Shown here one piece after another: positions 24,824-32,961 of a stretch of DNA of 32,961 bases; position 1 is the stretch's first letter; each line of letters starts with the position of its first letter. The stretch comes from Pseudomonadaceae bacterium (lineage in GTDB: Bacteria; Pseudomonadota; Alphaproteobacteria; UBA2136; UBA6156), in NCBI GenBank assembly GCA_947464215.1, contig CANHVX010000001.1:1-32961 (forward strand), read 5' to 3'. The translations under genes were made by a program, and so were the position numbers. The notes below the pieces were generated by a model. The model did not search any database. It saw nothing but the letters and a program-made list of their open reading frames with translations, and was not told where the DNA came from.

Positions 24824-24905
24824 GTGTGTTTTCCTCTCGTTATGGGCCGCACCATGGCCAAAGGCGGGGATGGCGTCAAGCCCAACCTTCGTTTAGGATG
24901 CCCTT

Positions 24906-26798
24906 ATGCATCGCCGCCGCTCCTCTCCGCCCCGTGCGGCCCAGAAACACAAAAACAAAGCCTTACATGCCGACAAAGGCCCTGCCCTGCGCGGCTATGT
25001 GCCCCCCGCCCACCCCGCCTTTGTGGTGGCCGAAGTGGCCGAGGTGGGCGCCAGCCTGGTGGCCCGCGTGCTGCACAAAGAGCTGGCGGATATCCCGTTC
25101 CGGCTTGATATACCACGGGGATTTGAGGTGCGCGCCGGCGACTTTGTGCGCGCCACCCCCCACCCCCAACAGCGCCAGCTTTTGCAGGTGGAGGGGCTTA
25201 TCCCCCGCAGCAAAGCCGCCATTTATGCCGCTATCGGCACCCACGGCTTGCGCGAAGACTTCCCCCCCGAAGCCCTGGCCGATGCCGCTGCCTTCCCCGC
25301 CTTCACCTGGCCCGACAGCGACCGCACGGACTGGCGGGATGCGCCGTTTATTACCATTGATGGCGAAGACGCCCGCGACTTTGACGACGCCGTATGGGCC
25401 GAACCCCACGCCGACGGCTGGCGCGTGCGGGTGGCCATTGCGGATGTAGCCCACTATGTAGGCCCCGCCCAACCCCTTGACCACGAAGCGATTTTGCGCG
25501 GCAACAGCACCTACTTCCCTACCCACGTGCTGCCCATGCTGCCCGAGCGGCTTTCCAACGACCTGTGCAGCCTGCGCCCTGATGTTCTGCGCCCCGTTTT
25601 GGGGGTGGAATTCCATCTGGGACGCGATGGGCAGCTGGGGGGGTATGCGTTCCATCGGGCCGCGATTATGAGCCGCGCGCGGATGACTTACACCGCCGTG
25701 CAAGCCTTTTTTGACCACGGCCACGGCATCCACACCAGCGCCGTGCTGGACAGCCTGCGCGCGCTAAACGAGGCCTTTGGTGCCCTGCTGCGCGCCCGCC
25801 AAGCCCGCGGCGCCCTTGACCTTGAACTGCCCGAAACAAACCTTGAGGTTGACCACACCGGCGCTGTGGCCGGGATTGGGTTACGCGAGCGATTGGCGGC
25901 CCATCAGCTTATTGAAGAACTCATGATTGCCGCCAACGTGTGCGCCGCGACCGCCCTTTCCAGCGGTGCCACCAACACCCTTATGCGCTCGGCCAAAGGC
26001 AAAGGCGTGGCTGGGCTTTACCGTATTCACCTGCCGCCCAGCAAAGAAAAAGCCGAAAACCTACGCGCCGCCCTTGGGCCCCTGGGCTTTACCCCCCCGC
26101 CGCCCAACGCCTCGCCCGCCGCCTGGGCCGCCCTGGCCCGCCGCGTGCGCACCCATGATGCCGCCCCTACGCTTCAGCGCGCAATTCTTCAGGCCCAAAT
26201 GCAGGCCCGCTACAGCCCTGATAATGAAGGCCACTTTGGCCTTGCCCTGCCGCTTTATACCCACTTTACCAGCCCCATTCGGCGCTATGCCGACTTGGTG
26301 GTTCACCGCGCTTTGCTTACGCTTATGCGGCGTGAGAGCGCCGCCCTGCCCGACACCGATGCCCTGGCGCGCGTGGCAGGGACGATAAATATAGGCGAAC
26401 GGCGCAGCCAAATGGCCGAATGGGACGCCAAAGACCGCATGGTGGCCGATTTTCTGCGCGCACGCACCGGCGAAACCTTTGCCGCCACCGTGGTAAATGT
26501 AGCCCCCTTTGGCTGTTTTGTGAGCCTGGATGGCATCGCCGAGGCGCTGTTGCCTAAGTGGCATTTAGAGGATTGGACCTATGTGGGGGGGCTCAACTGC
26601 TTCCGCCGCACCCGCCATGGCAAAGGCACCCTGCGCGTAGGCAGCCGCTTGCCGGTGCGGCTGATTCAGGCCGATTTTGCCAGCGGCAAGCTGACCGTGA
26701 CCCCCGCCGACGCCCCCGATGACATGGCCCACCCGCACGGCGCACCCCACCGCCCCCGCCGCCCCCACCCCGCCCGCACCCGCCGCCGGGCGCCTTGA
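24906..26798 (+). CDS. rnr: RNase II/R family 3'-5' exoribonuclease (RNase R-like)
   Basis: RNB domain motifs (TIDGEDARDFDDAVW, VAIADVAHYV, HFGLALPLYTHFTSPIRRYADLVVHR), a C-terminal S1-like domain (FAATVVNVAPFGCFVSL) and a basic tail. Confidence 0.85.
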   Translation: MHRRRSSPPRAAQKHKNKALHADKGPALRGYVPPAHPAFVVAEVAEVGASLVARVLHKELADIPFRLDIPRGFEVRAGDFVRATPHPQQRQLLQVEGLIPRSKAAIYAAIGTHGLREDFPPEALADAAAFPAFTWPDSDRTDWRDAPFITIDGEDARDFDDAVWAEPHADGWRVRVAIADVAHYVGPAQPLDHEAILRGNSTYFPTHVLPMLPERLSNDLCSLRPDVLRPVLGVEFHLGRDGQLGGYAFHRAAIMSRARMTYTAVQAFFDHGHGIHTSAVLDSLRALNEAFGALLRARQARGALDLELPETNLEVDHTGAVAGIGLRERLAAHQLIEELMIAANVCAATALSSGATNTLMRSAKGKGVAGLYRIHLPPSKEKAENLRAALGPLGFTPPPPNASPAAWAALARRVRTHDAAPTLQRAILQAQMQARYSPDNEGHFGLALPLYTHFTSPIRRYADLVVHRALLTLMRRESAALPDTDALARVAGTINIGERRSQMAEWDAKDRMVADFLRARTGETFAATVVNVAPFGCFVSLDGIAEALLPKWHLEDWTYVGGLNCFRRTRHGKGTLRVGSRLPVRLIQADFASGKLTVTPADAPDDMAHPHGAPHRPRRPHPARTRRRAP

Positions 26799-26894
26799 CA
26801 GCCCCGGCCCGTAAGGTTAATGAGAAAACCAACCGGCGTGTGCGGAAATATTGACGTGCCCGCGTGATTGCCAACCCCCAAGAAAGCCCAGCCC

Positions 26895-27140
26895 ATGGCC
26901 AAGACCACCCCCGCCACCACGCCAAAGGGCCCCTCTCTGGGTGAAAAATTGGGCTCACTCCCCAAATTTATGCGTGATGTGCGCGCCGAAGTGAACCGTG
27001 TAACCTGGCCCAGCTTTGCCGACACCCGCCGCATGTCGATCATGGTTTTTATTCTGGTGACCATCGTGGCTCTGTTTTTGCTGGTGGTTGACCTGACCAT
27101 CGGCGCCGGACTAAGCGCCATATTTGGCCTGACATTCTAA
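26895..27140 (+). CDS. secE: Preprotein translocase subunit SecE
   Basis: FMRDVRAEVNRVTWPS followed by a single TM helix, immediately upstream of nusG. ATG at 26895; the listed start at 26868 is TTG. Confidence 0.85.
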   Translation: MAKTTPATTPKGPSLGEKLGSLPKFMRDVRAEVNRVTWPSFADTRRMSIMVFILVTIVALFLLVVDLTIGAGLSAIFGLTF

Positions 27141-27164
27141 GATTTTTGACAAGGAGCCCCCCCC

Positions 27165-27929
27165 ATGAGCGCAACCAAAGCCGAAAAAGCCACCGCCAAA
27201 CGCCTGGCTGCTGGCCCCAAAGAGCATACATCTGCCCCCAAAAGTGGCAAAAATAAGGCCGCCCCAGCCCCAGCCAAGGCCCCCAAAACCGTGAAACCCA
27301 AAGTTTCTAAAGCCAAAAAACCCAGCACCGGCAAAGCCGCCCCCAAAGGCAAACAGGCCGAAACCCGCCTGGTATGGGCCCCGCAGCCCGTGGAAGGCGC
27401 CAAGTGGTATGTGGCCCAAAGCGCCAGCAACTACGAAAAGCGCGTGCAAACCCTTATCCGTGAAGCCGTTCTGCTGCAAGGCATGCAGCGCTTTGTGGAA
27501 GATGTGCTTATCCCCACCGAGCCTGTGGTGGAAGTGAAAAAAGGCGTGAAAGTAACCGCCGACCGCAAATTCTTCCCCGGCTATGTGCTGATTAAGTGCA
27601 ACCTGACCGATGCGGTGTGGCACCTTATCCGCTACACCCCCCACGTGACCGGATTCCTGGGCAGCGAACGCGGCAAAAAGCCCTTCCCCATTTCCAACGC
27701 CGAAGCCGAGCGCATTCTGAAAGTGATGCAGCATGGCACCGAGAAGCCCAAAAACCTTGTCTCCTTTGAAGTGGGTGAAGCCGTGCGCGTGAAAGATGGC
27801 CCGTTTGCCAACTTCCAAGGTGCCGTGGAAGCCATTGACGAGGAAAAAGAACGCCTCACCGTGGCGGTTTCCATCTTTGGCCGCGCCACGCCGATTGAGC
27901 TGGACTTTAACCAAGTGGAAAAAGCCTAG
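27165..27929 (+). CDS. nusG: Transcription termination/antitermination factor NusG with a Lys/Ala/Pro-rich N-terminal extension
   Basis: NGN domain (KWYVAQSASNYEKRV...) and KOW domain (FEVGEAVRVKDGPFANFQGAVEAIDEEKERLTVAVSIFGRATPIEL). ATG at 27165 has an AAGGAG SD 8 nt upstream. An in-frame GTG at 27390 would instead give a canonical-length protein. Confidence 0.9.
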   Translation: MSATKAEKATAKRLAAGPKEHTSAPKSGKNKAAPAPAKAPKTVKPKVSKAKKPSTGKAAPKGKQAETRLVWAPQPVEGAKWYVAQSASNYEKRVQTLIREAVLLQGMQRFVEDVLIPTEPVVEVKKGVKVTADRKFFPGYVLIKCNLTDAVWHLIRYTPHVTGFLGSERGKKPFPISNAEAERILKVMQHGTEKPKNLVSFEVGEAVRVKDGPFANFQGAVEAIDEEKERLTVAVSIFGRATPIELDFNQVEKA

Positions 27930-27945
27930 TTCTTTTTCTCCGATT

Positions 27946-27970
27946 CCGGCCCCTGCGGGGGCCGGTTTTT
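27946..27970 (+). terminator. Rho-independent terminator after nusG
   Basis: Perfect 8-bp GC stem ccggcccc / ggggccgg with a tgcg loop, followed by ttttt, 17 nt after the nusG stop. Confidence 0.75.
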
Positions 27971-28056
27971 GTTAGAACAGATGCCACCGCTCTGATATAC
28001 TCTGGCGTCAACCCTCTCCTCCCTTTTCCCGTGACGCCATGGAGGCCTGTGCTCCG

Positions 28057-28401
28057 ATGTTACGCGCACCCTTGACCATCGCTTTTGCGGCTCTCACCCT
28101 CGCAGCAGCCCAACCGACGCCTCTGCCCAAGACATCGTTGCCGCTGCCTTGGCGCACCCAAGGCATTCTGCTGGTGGCGTATCTGGAAGACCTGCGCTGC
28201 CCCGCCCTCTTCCGCACCGAAGTGGTGTTTGCCAACCTGATGCGCGGAGGCTTTCTGCGCGTGACACTCGACTGGAAAGAAGGCCCCGTGGTGAACGAGG
28301 CGCCCACCGTGCTCAGCCACTGGCTGCGCCCCCAAGGGCCCTGGCCCACCGACATCTGGGTGCACCACGTGAATGGTGGCGCCTGTGTTCTCAACGATTA
28401 G
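28057..28401 (+). CDS. Small secreted protein, function unknown
   Basis: MLRAPLTIAFAALTLAAA|QP signal-peptide-like N-terminus. About 114 aa with Cys residues. An alternative ATG lies at 28039. Flanked by terminators on both sides. Confidence 0.45.
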   Translation: MLRAPLTIAFAALTLAAAQPTPLPKTSLPLPWRTQGILLVAYLEDLRCPALFRTEVVFANLMRGGFLRVTLDWKEGPVVNEAPTVLSHWLRPQGPWPTDIWVHHVNGGACVLND

Positions 28402-28436
28402 CCGCCCCCTGAAACATTTCTGGGGGCGGCCATTTT
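28400..28436. terminator. Probable bidirectional terminator between convergent genes
   Basis: 9-bp GC stem gccgccccc / gggggcggc with a 12-nt loop, followed by a T-run (catttttcctttttt) on the plus strand. An A-rich loop and flank provide a weaker run on the minus strand. Confidence 0.55.
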
Positions 28437-28443
28437 TCCTTTT

Positions 28444-29121
28444 TTAAATGGCCCAGGCCCACATCATCTGCCGTGCCACCCCAAACACCGGCAACAAACA
28501 CCAGCCCAAGGCCATAAGCGCAAACACAAACCACAGCAGCACCCACACGATTTCCGGCACGATGCGCGTGATGTTGTGCAGCTCGGCGCCATCGCCCACA
28601 TGTTGGCCATCGATAAGGTGCAAGGGCGCGCGGATGGCGTTCAGCATCACGAATATCCCCATGAATTGCAACACATAGGGCAGCCCGTAGGAGGGAGGCA
28701 CCAGCAACGCCGCCGCATAGACACCGCCAATGATACCCAAAATGATGATGGTGCTGAGATTACGCGCCCAAAACAGCAGGGTAAACACGATAAGCGCCAG
28801 CTCGACCTTCAGCCAAAACGCGGTGCCGATGGTGCCCAAATTATAGCCAATAAGAAACAGCCCCGCCCCCCACAGCGACGCCCCCGCATACCCCGCCAAC
28901 AGAATGAAAAACGACCAGCCGCCCCGCGTGGTGCAGCTGCCGCTGCCGTTCCAGTTCAGGTTCAGCTTCACCACCTGACCGCCGGTGAGAATGGCCACCA
29001 GCCCGTGCGACATCTCGTGATACAGCGTTTCCGCCCATTTCAGCGGTGCGCTGATACGGCTTTGGCCAAGCACCAGCGCCGCCGCCACCATGAGGATGAT
29101 AGTGACGGGTTCGGAAAACAT
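28444..29121 (-). CDS. M50B-like integral membrane metallopeptidase family protein
   Basis: YHEMSHGLVAILTGG (HExxH) followed by NWNGSGSCTT, and about 6 TM helices. This pattern is typical of the Peptidase_M50B family. Its start is 23 nt downstream of the gatB stop. Confidence 0.65.
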   Translation of the reverse strand: MFSEPVTIILMVAAALVLGQSRISAPLKWAETLYHEMSHGLVAILTGGQVVKLNLNWNGSGSCTTRGGWSFFILLAGYAGASLWGAGLFLIGYNLGTIGTAFWLKVELALIVFTLLFWARNLSTIIILGIIGGVYAAALLVPPSYGLPYVLQFMGIFVMLNAIRAPLHLIDGQHVGDGAELHNITRIVPEIVWVLLWFVFALMALGWCLLPVFGVARQMMWAWAI

Positions 29122-29144
29122 GGGCCCGCCTCTGCCACTCCGAC

Positions 29145-30584
29145 TTAGGCCAACAATTCTTTGAGAATCGCATTGACCCGTTCGGGGTTGGCCTGGCCTT
29201 TGGTTTCCTTCATCACGTAGCCGACAAAGCTGCCAAAGATGCGCTCATTTCCGCCCTTGAATTTCGCCACGGCATCGGGGTTGGCGGCCACCGCCTTTTC
29301 GCACGCGGCACGGAGCGCCCCCTCATCGGAGATTTGGGTGAGGCCTAAAGCGGCAACGATGGCCGCAGCTTCGCTCCCCTTCTCCAGCATTTCGGCAAAC
29401 ACCTGTTTGGCGATTTTGCCGCTGATGGTGCCTTCGGTTATCAGCTTCACCAACCCAGCCAGTTGGGCCGCGCTGACAGGGCTTTGCTCGAGGCTAATCT
29501 CGCGTTTATTGAGTGCGCCAAACAGCTCGCCCATCATCCAGTTGGCGGCCAATTTGCTCTCGGCGCCGGCGGCACGCATCTGGTTGAAGTATGCGGCGTA
29601 GGTGATATCGGACGTGAGCAGCGTGATGTCTTCGTGGCTGAGGCCCAGTGCCGCAAATTCTTGCGCCAGCACATCGGGCAGTGTGGGCATGGTGGCTTGC
29701 ACGCGGGCGATACGCGCGGGTTCGATGCGCACGGGGAGCAGGTCGGGGTCGGGGAAGTAGCGGTAATCGTGCGCGTCTTCCTTGCTGCGCAGGGTGCGGG
29801 TTTCCTCGTTGTCAGGGTCCCACAGGCGGGTTTCCTGGCTGACGGTGCCGCCTTTTTCGTAGATTTCCACCTGGCGCTCGGCCTCGTGCTGGATGGCGTG
29901 CATGATGTGGCGGATGCTGTTCAGGTTCTTGATTTCGCAGCGGGTGCGGAAAGGTTCGCCCGGTTTGCGCACCGAAATGTTGGCGTCGCAGCGGAGGTTA
30001 CCTTTTTCCATGTCGCCATCGCAGATGCCCAACCAGCGCAGCAGCGTGCGCAGCTTCTTCATATACGCGCCCGCCTCTTCGGGGGTGCGGAGGTCGGGCT
30101 CGCTGACAATTTCCATGAGTGGCACGCCGGCGCGGTTGAGATCGACGTAGCTCACGTTCACGGGGCCTAAATCGTGGATGCTTTTGCCGGCATCCTCTTC
30201 CAGGTGCATGCGGGTGATGGCGATGGTGCGCGCGGGCTGGCCTTCCACTTGGATTTCCAGCTGGCCGCCCTTCACAATCGGTTCATCGTATTGGCTGATT
30301 TGGTAGCCTTTGGGGAGGTCGGGATAGTAATAATTCTTCCGCGCGAACACGCTGGCCGGGTTGATGGCGGCGCCTATCGCCAGCCCCAGCTTGATGCCAG
30401 CCTCGACCGCGCCTGCGTTCAGCACCGGCAACATGCCGGGCATGCCGAGGTCGATCTCGTTCGCCTGCGTGTTGGGTTCGGCGCCAAAGGCCGTGCTGCT
30501 GCCGCTGAACAGTTTGCTTTTGGTGGTAACCTGGGCGTGAACCTCGAGCCCAATCACCATTTCGTAGCCGTGCGGAAGTGCCAT
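29145..30584 (-). CDS. gatB: Asp-tRNA(Asn)/Glu-tRNA(Gln) amidotransferase subunit B
   Basis: YEMVIGLEVHAQV..., RCDANISVR, YRYFPDPDL and a C-terminal YqeY-like tail. 479 aa. Confidence 0.95.
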   Translation of the reverse strand: MALPHGYEMVIGLEVHAQVTTKSKLFSGSSTAFGAEPNTQANEIDLGMPGMLPVLNAGAVEAGIKLGLAIGAAINPASVFARKNYYYPDLPKGYQISQYDEPIVKGGQLEIQVEGQPARTIAITRMHLEEDAGKSIHDLGPVNVSYVDLNRAGVPLMEIVSEPDLRTPEEAGAYMKKLRTLLRWLGICDGDMEKGNLRCDANISVRKPGEPFRTRCEIKNLNSIRHIMHAIQHEAERQVEIYEKGGTVSQETRLWDPDNEETRTLRSKEDAHDYRYFPDPDLLPVRIEPARIARVQATMPTLPDVLAQEFAALGLSHEDITLLTSDITYAAYFNQMRAAGAESKLAANWMMGELFGALNKREISLEQSPVSAAQLAGLVKLITEGTISGKIAKQVFAEMLEKGSEAAAIVAALGLTQISDEGALRAACEKAVAANPDAVAKFKGGNERIFGSFVGYVMKETKGQANPERVNAILKELLA

Positions 30585-30607
30585 GGCGCCTTACCCTTTT
30601 TGTTCGT

Positions 30608-31174
30608 TTACGCGCCCTTAACCCAGCGCACCGTGGCCGCACCCACGCGCGCGCCGAATGCGACTGCGTAGGATTGGTCTTCCGCGTTCGGGTTGGCTTC
30701 GCCAGCGGGGGCGTTGTCGCTTTGCGCCATCAGGCCAATCCAGCTGCCAAGGCGGTTGTGGCCCTTGCCATCGCCGCTGTAGGCGCTGGGCCAGATACCC
30801 TGGCTGACCCACACCATGCTGTGCTGGGCGGCAAACACAGATATGGTGTTCAGGGTGCCCAGCTTATCGCCGCTGAGGCCACCGCTGTTGGTAAAGCCTG
30901 CCGCCATTTTGTCTTTCCAGGCCTGCGCAAACCAGGGCTTGCTGGAGGCATCCATAAACGCCTTAAATGGCGCGCTGACGGAACCCATGTAGGTGGGGCT
31001 GCCGAAAATGATGCCATCGGCCTTGGCGAGGTGGGCCCAGAGGTCGTCGGAGAGTTCGGCGACGTTGTGTAGGTCGGCTGTGCAACCGGCCGACGTGACG
31101 CCTTCGGCCACTTTTTTGGCCAAAACTTCGGTGTGGCCAAAGCCGCTGTGGTAGGCGATGCAGATGTGAGGCAT
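30608..31174 (-). CDS. Flavodoxin-like fold NAD(P)H:quinone oxidoreductase (WrbA-like)
   Basis: ICIAYHSGFGHTEVLAKKV and IIFGSPTYMGSVSAPFKAFMD motifs match the flavodoxin-like FMN-binding signature. 188 aa. Confidence 0.75.
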   Translation of the reverse strand: MPHICIAYHSGFGHTEVLAKKVAEGVTSAGCTADLHNVAELSDDLWAHLAKADGIIFGSPTYMGSVSAPFKAFMDASSKPWFAQAWKDKMAAGFTNSGGLSGDKLGTLNTISVFAAQHSMVWVSQGIWPSAYSGDGKGHNRLGSWIGLMAQSDNAPAGEANPNAEDQSYAVAFGARVGAATVRWVKGA

Positions 31175-31204
31175 GGAGGTTTCCTTTCGGGTTGGTGGTT
31201 CGGG

Positions 31205-32680
31205 TTAGCTTTTAAAGGGAATGGTGAAGGCGCCGCGCAGGTGCTCCCACGCGTGGGCGACTTGGAGGATTTTTTCCTCGCCCCAGCGTGGGCCGAGAAT
31301 TTGCAGGCCGATGGGCAGCGCAGTGCCCTCTTCGGCCCCCATGGCGCAGGGCACGCTGATGCCCGGCAGCCCCGCCATGCTGGCCGGAATGGTGAACGCA
31401 TCTTCCAGATACAGGCTTACGGGGTCGTTCGCCTTGGCACCGATTTTAAACGGCAGGCTGGGTGCGGTGGGGCAGAACAGGACATCCACCTTTTCAAAGG
31501 CGGCGGCGAACTCGTTCGCGATAAGTGTGCGGGCCTGCATGGCCTTGGTGTAATAGGCGTCGTAATAGCCGCTACTAAGCGCATAGTTGCCGACCATGAT
31601 ACGGCGCTTGACCTCATCGCCAAAGCCGGCCGTGCGGCTGTTGGTGTAGGTTTCGACCAGATTTTTGCCCTCGACACGGAGGCCGTAGCGCATGCCATCG
31701 TAGCGGGCGAGGTTGCTGGCGGCCTCGGCGGGCGCCACGATGTAATACGCCGCCACCGCATAGGGGGTGCTGGGCAGCGAGATTTCAACAATCTCGGCGC
31801 CTTGGGCTTCAAACGCCTTGGCGGCACCAAGCACGGCCGTGCGGATTTCGGGGTTTAACCCTTCGATAAAATACTCTTTTGGCAAGCCAATACGCAGGCC
31901 CTTGATGTTCAGCTGGCCCAATGTTTGCGGCCAGTTGGGGACTTCCAATGGTGCGCTGGTGCTGTCTTTGGGGTCGTGCCCGGCGATGGTGTGGAGCATC
32001 AATGCGGCATCTGCCACCGTGCGGCCAAACACGCCGGCTTGGTCGAGGCTGCTGGCAAAGGCCACCATCCCCCACCGTGAACAGCGGCCATAGGTGGGTT
32101 TGATGCCCACGGTGCCGGTAAACGCGGCAGGTTGGCGGATAGAGCCGCCAGTGTCGCTCCCCGTGGCGGCAAAGCATTGGTAATCGGCCACCGCAGCCGC
32201 ACTGCCGCTGCTGCTGCCGCCCGGCACGCGGGCTTCATCCCACGGGTTTTTGGTGGGGCCAAAGGCACTGTTTTCGCCGCTGCCGCCCATGGCGTATTCG
32301 TCCATGTTCAGTTTGGCCACATTCACGGCGCCCGCCGCCCACAGTTTGGCGGTGACCGTGCTTTCATACGCGGGCACAAAGTTTTCCAGCATTTTGCTGG
32401 CCGCGGTGGTGCGGATGCCCTGCGTGCAGAACAAATCCTTCACGCCCACGGGCAAGCCCAGCAGCGGTTTGCCCGCTGTTTCGCCTTTGGCGATGGCGGC
32501 ATCGGCCGCTTGGGCCTGGGCCAAGGCGGACTCGGCGGTGATGGTGAGCGCCGCATTGAGCCCCTTGCGGGCTTCTAACCGGGCCAGCGACGCCTGAGTG
32601 AGCTCGGTGGCGGAAATCTCTTTGCTGCGCAGTTTTTCCAGCGCCTGGGTGGCCGTAAGGGTGAGAAGATGTTGTGACAT
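31205..32680 (-). CDS. gatA: Glutamyl-tRNA(Gln) amidotransferase subunit A
   Basis: Amidase signature (GGSSSGSAAAVA, GSDTGGSIRQPAAF). 491 aa. The gatC stop lies 12 nt upstream. Confidence 0.95.
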   Translation of the reverse strand: MSQHLLTLTATQALEKLRSKEISATELTQASLARLEARKGLNAALTITAESALAQAQAADAAIAKGETAGKPLLGLPVGVKDLFCTQGIRTTAASKMLENFVPAYESTVTAKLWAAGAVNVAKLNMDEYAMGGSGENSAFGPTKNPWDEARVPGGSSSGSAAAVADYQCFAATGSDTGGSIRQPAAFTGTVGIKPTYGRCSRWGMVAFASSLDQAGVFGRTVADAALMLHTIAGHDPKDSTSAPLEVPNWPQTLGQLNIKGLRIGLPKEYFIEGLNPEIRTAVLGAAKAFEAQGAEIVEISLPSTPYAVAAYYIVAPAEAASNLARYDGMRYGLRVEGKNLVETYTNSRTAGFGDEVKRRIMVGNYALSSGYYDAYYTKAMQARTLIANEFAAAFEKVDVLFCPTAPSLPFKIGAKANDPVSLYLEDAFTIPASMAGLPGISVPCAMGAEEGTALPIGLQILGPRWGEEKILQVAHAWEHLRGAFTIPFKS

Positions 32681-32692
32681 AGACTGGCCCCC

Positions 32693-32961
32693 CTACTCGA
32701 CAATCCGGGGCACAACGTAGAAGCCCATTTCGGCTTGCACGGCGCTTTTTTGGAGGTTCTCGCGGTTGTTGGGGGCGGTGACTTTATCCTCGCGCTCGGG
32801 GGTGCTGGGCAGGTTGCTGGTGCTGGTCATCGGCGGCACGCCCTGGGTGGGAAGCTCTTGAATTTGGGCCACAAAGCCTAAAATGCTTTGGAATTGGGTG
32901 CGGAAGGCCGCCAGCTTTTCGCCATTGAAACTAAGGCGGCTGAGGGTGGCCAGTTTCTGCA
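32693..32961 (-). CDS. gatC: Amidotransferase subunit C, 5'-truncated by the window edge
   Basis: My manual translation of the minus strand gives ...QKLATLSRLSFNGEKLAAFRTQFQSILGFVAQIQELPTQGVPPMTS...REDKVTAPNNRENLQKSAVQAEMGFYVVPRIVE*, which is GatC-like and sits upstream of gatA. It is missing from the ORF track because its start lies outside the window. Confidence 0.8.
   Translation of the reverse strand, partial: QKLATLSRLSFNGEKLAAFRTQFQSILGFVAQIQELPTQGVPPMTSTSNLPSTPEREDKVTAPNNRENLQKSAVQAEMGFYVVPRIVE

Noticed and set aside
26799-26894. A possible tRNA (tRNA-Trp often precedes secE) or a promoter upstream of secE (a TTGACG hexamer near 26843).
   Set aside because: No cloverleaf can be folded from this 96-nt spacer. 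The TTGACG hexamer has no acceptable -10 element at 16-18 nt spacing, so neither feature is supported.
1-32961. CRISPR arrays, rRNA genes, IS elements or transposases, integrases, toxin-antitoxin pairs and phage genes.
   Set aside because: I scanned intergenic regions and all listed ORFs. There are no spaced direct-repeat arrays, no DDE or tyrosine/serine recombinase-like translations, and no rRNA-like segments. The only repeat found is the tRNA-Val relic.

Overview
High-GC chromosomal window whose gene content and order look alphaproteobacterial (fabZ-lpxA-lpxI-lpxB with LpxI present). I call about 37 CDS and 2 tRNAs. There is no CRISPR array, rRNA, transposase or integrase. Left: prfA-prmC followed by two tandem lipoprotein genes. 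Centre (3861-14311, all minus strand, tightly packed or overlapping): a compact, divergent type IV filament (T2SS/T4P-like) module. It encodes a GspE/PilB-type ATPase, a GspF/PilC-type platform protein, a GspL-like bitopic protein, a GspM/PilO-like protein, a periplasmic GspB/PilP-like protein, two atypical GspG-like pseudopilins and a short A24 prepilin peptidase. A J-domain protein, a DUF268-type methyltransferase and a Wzx-like flippase follow without an obvious break. No secretin and no canonical G/FTLIE-type pilin is visible. The module abuts tRNA-Val(TAC), whose 3' half is partly duplicated about 90 bp downstream, which looks like an att-site scar. Right: tRNA-Asp and tRNA-Val, then the conserved envelope-biogenesis run frr-uppS-rseP-bamA-skp-lpxD-fabZ-lpxA-lpxI-lpxB (cdsA and pyrH are absent from their usual places), an RNase R-family gene, and secE-nusG (NusG has a Lys/Ala/Pro-rich N-terminal extension and is not followed by rplKA). 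After that come a small secreted protein, an M50B-like membrane protein, and gatC-gatA-(WrbA-like flavodoxin)-gatB. The main candidate for something new is the secretin-less T4F-like module with oversized non-canonical pseudopilins. All functional calls come from reading motifs in the supplied translations; no database search was possible.
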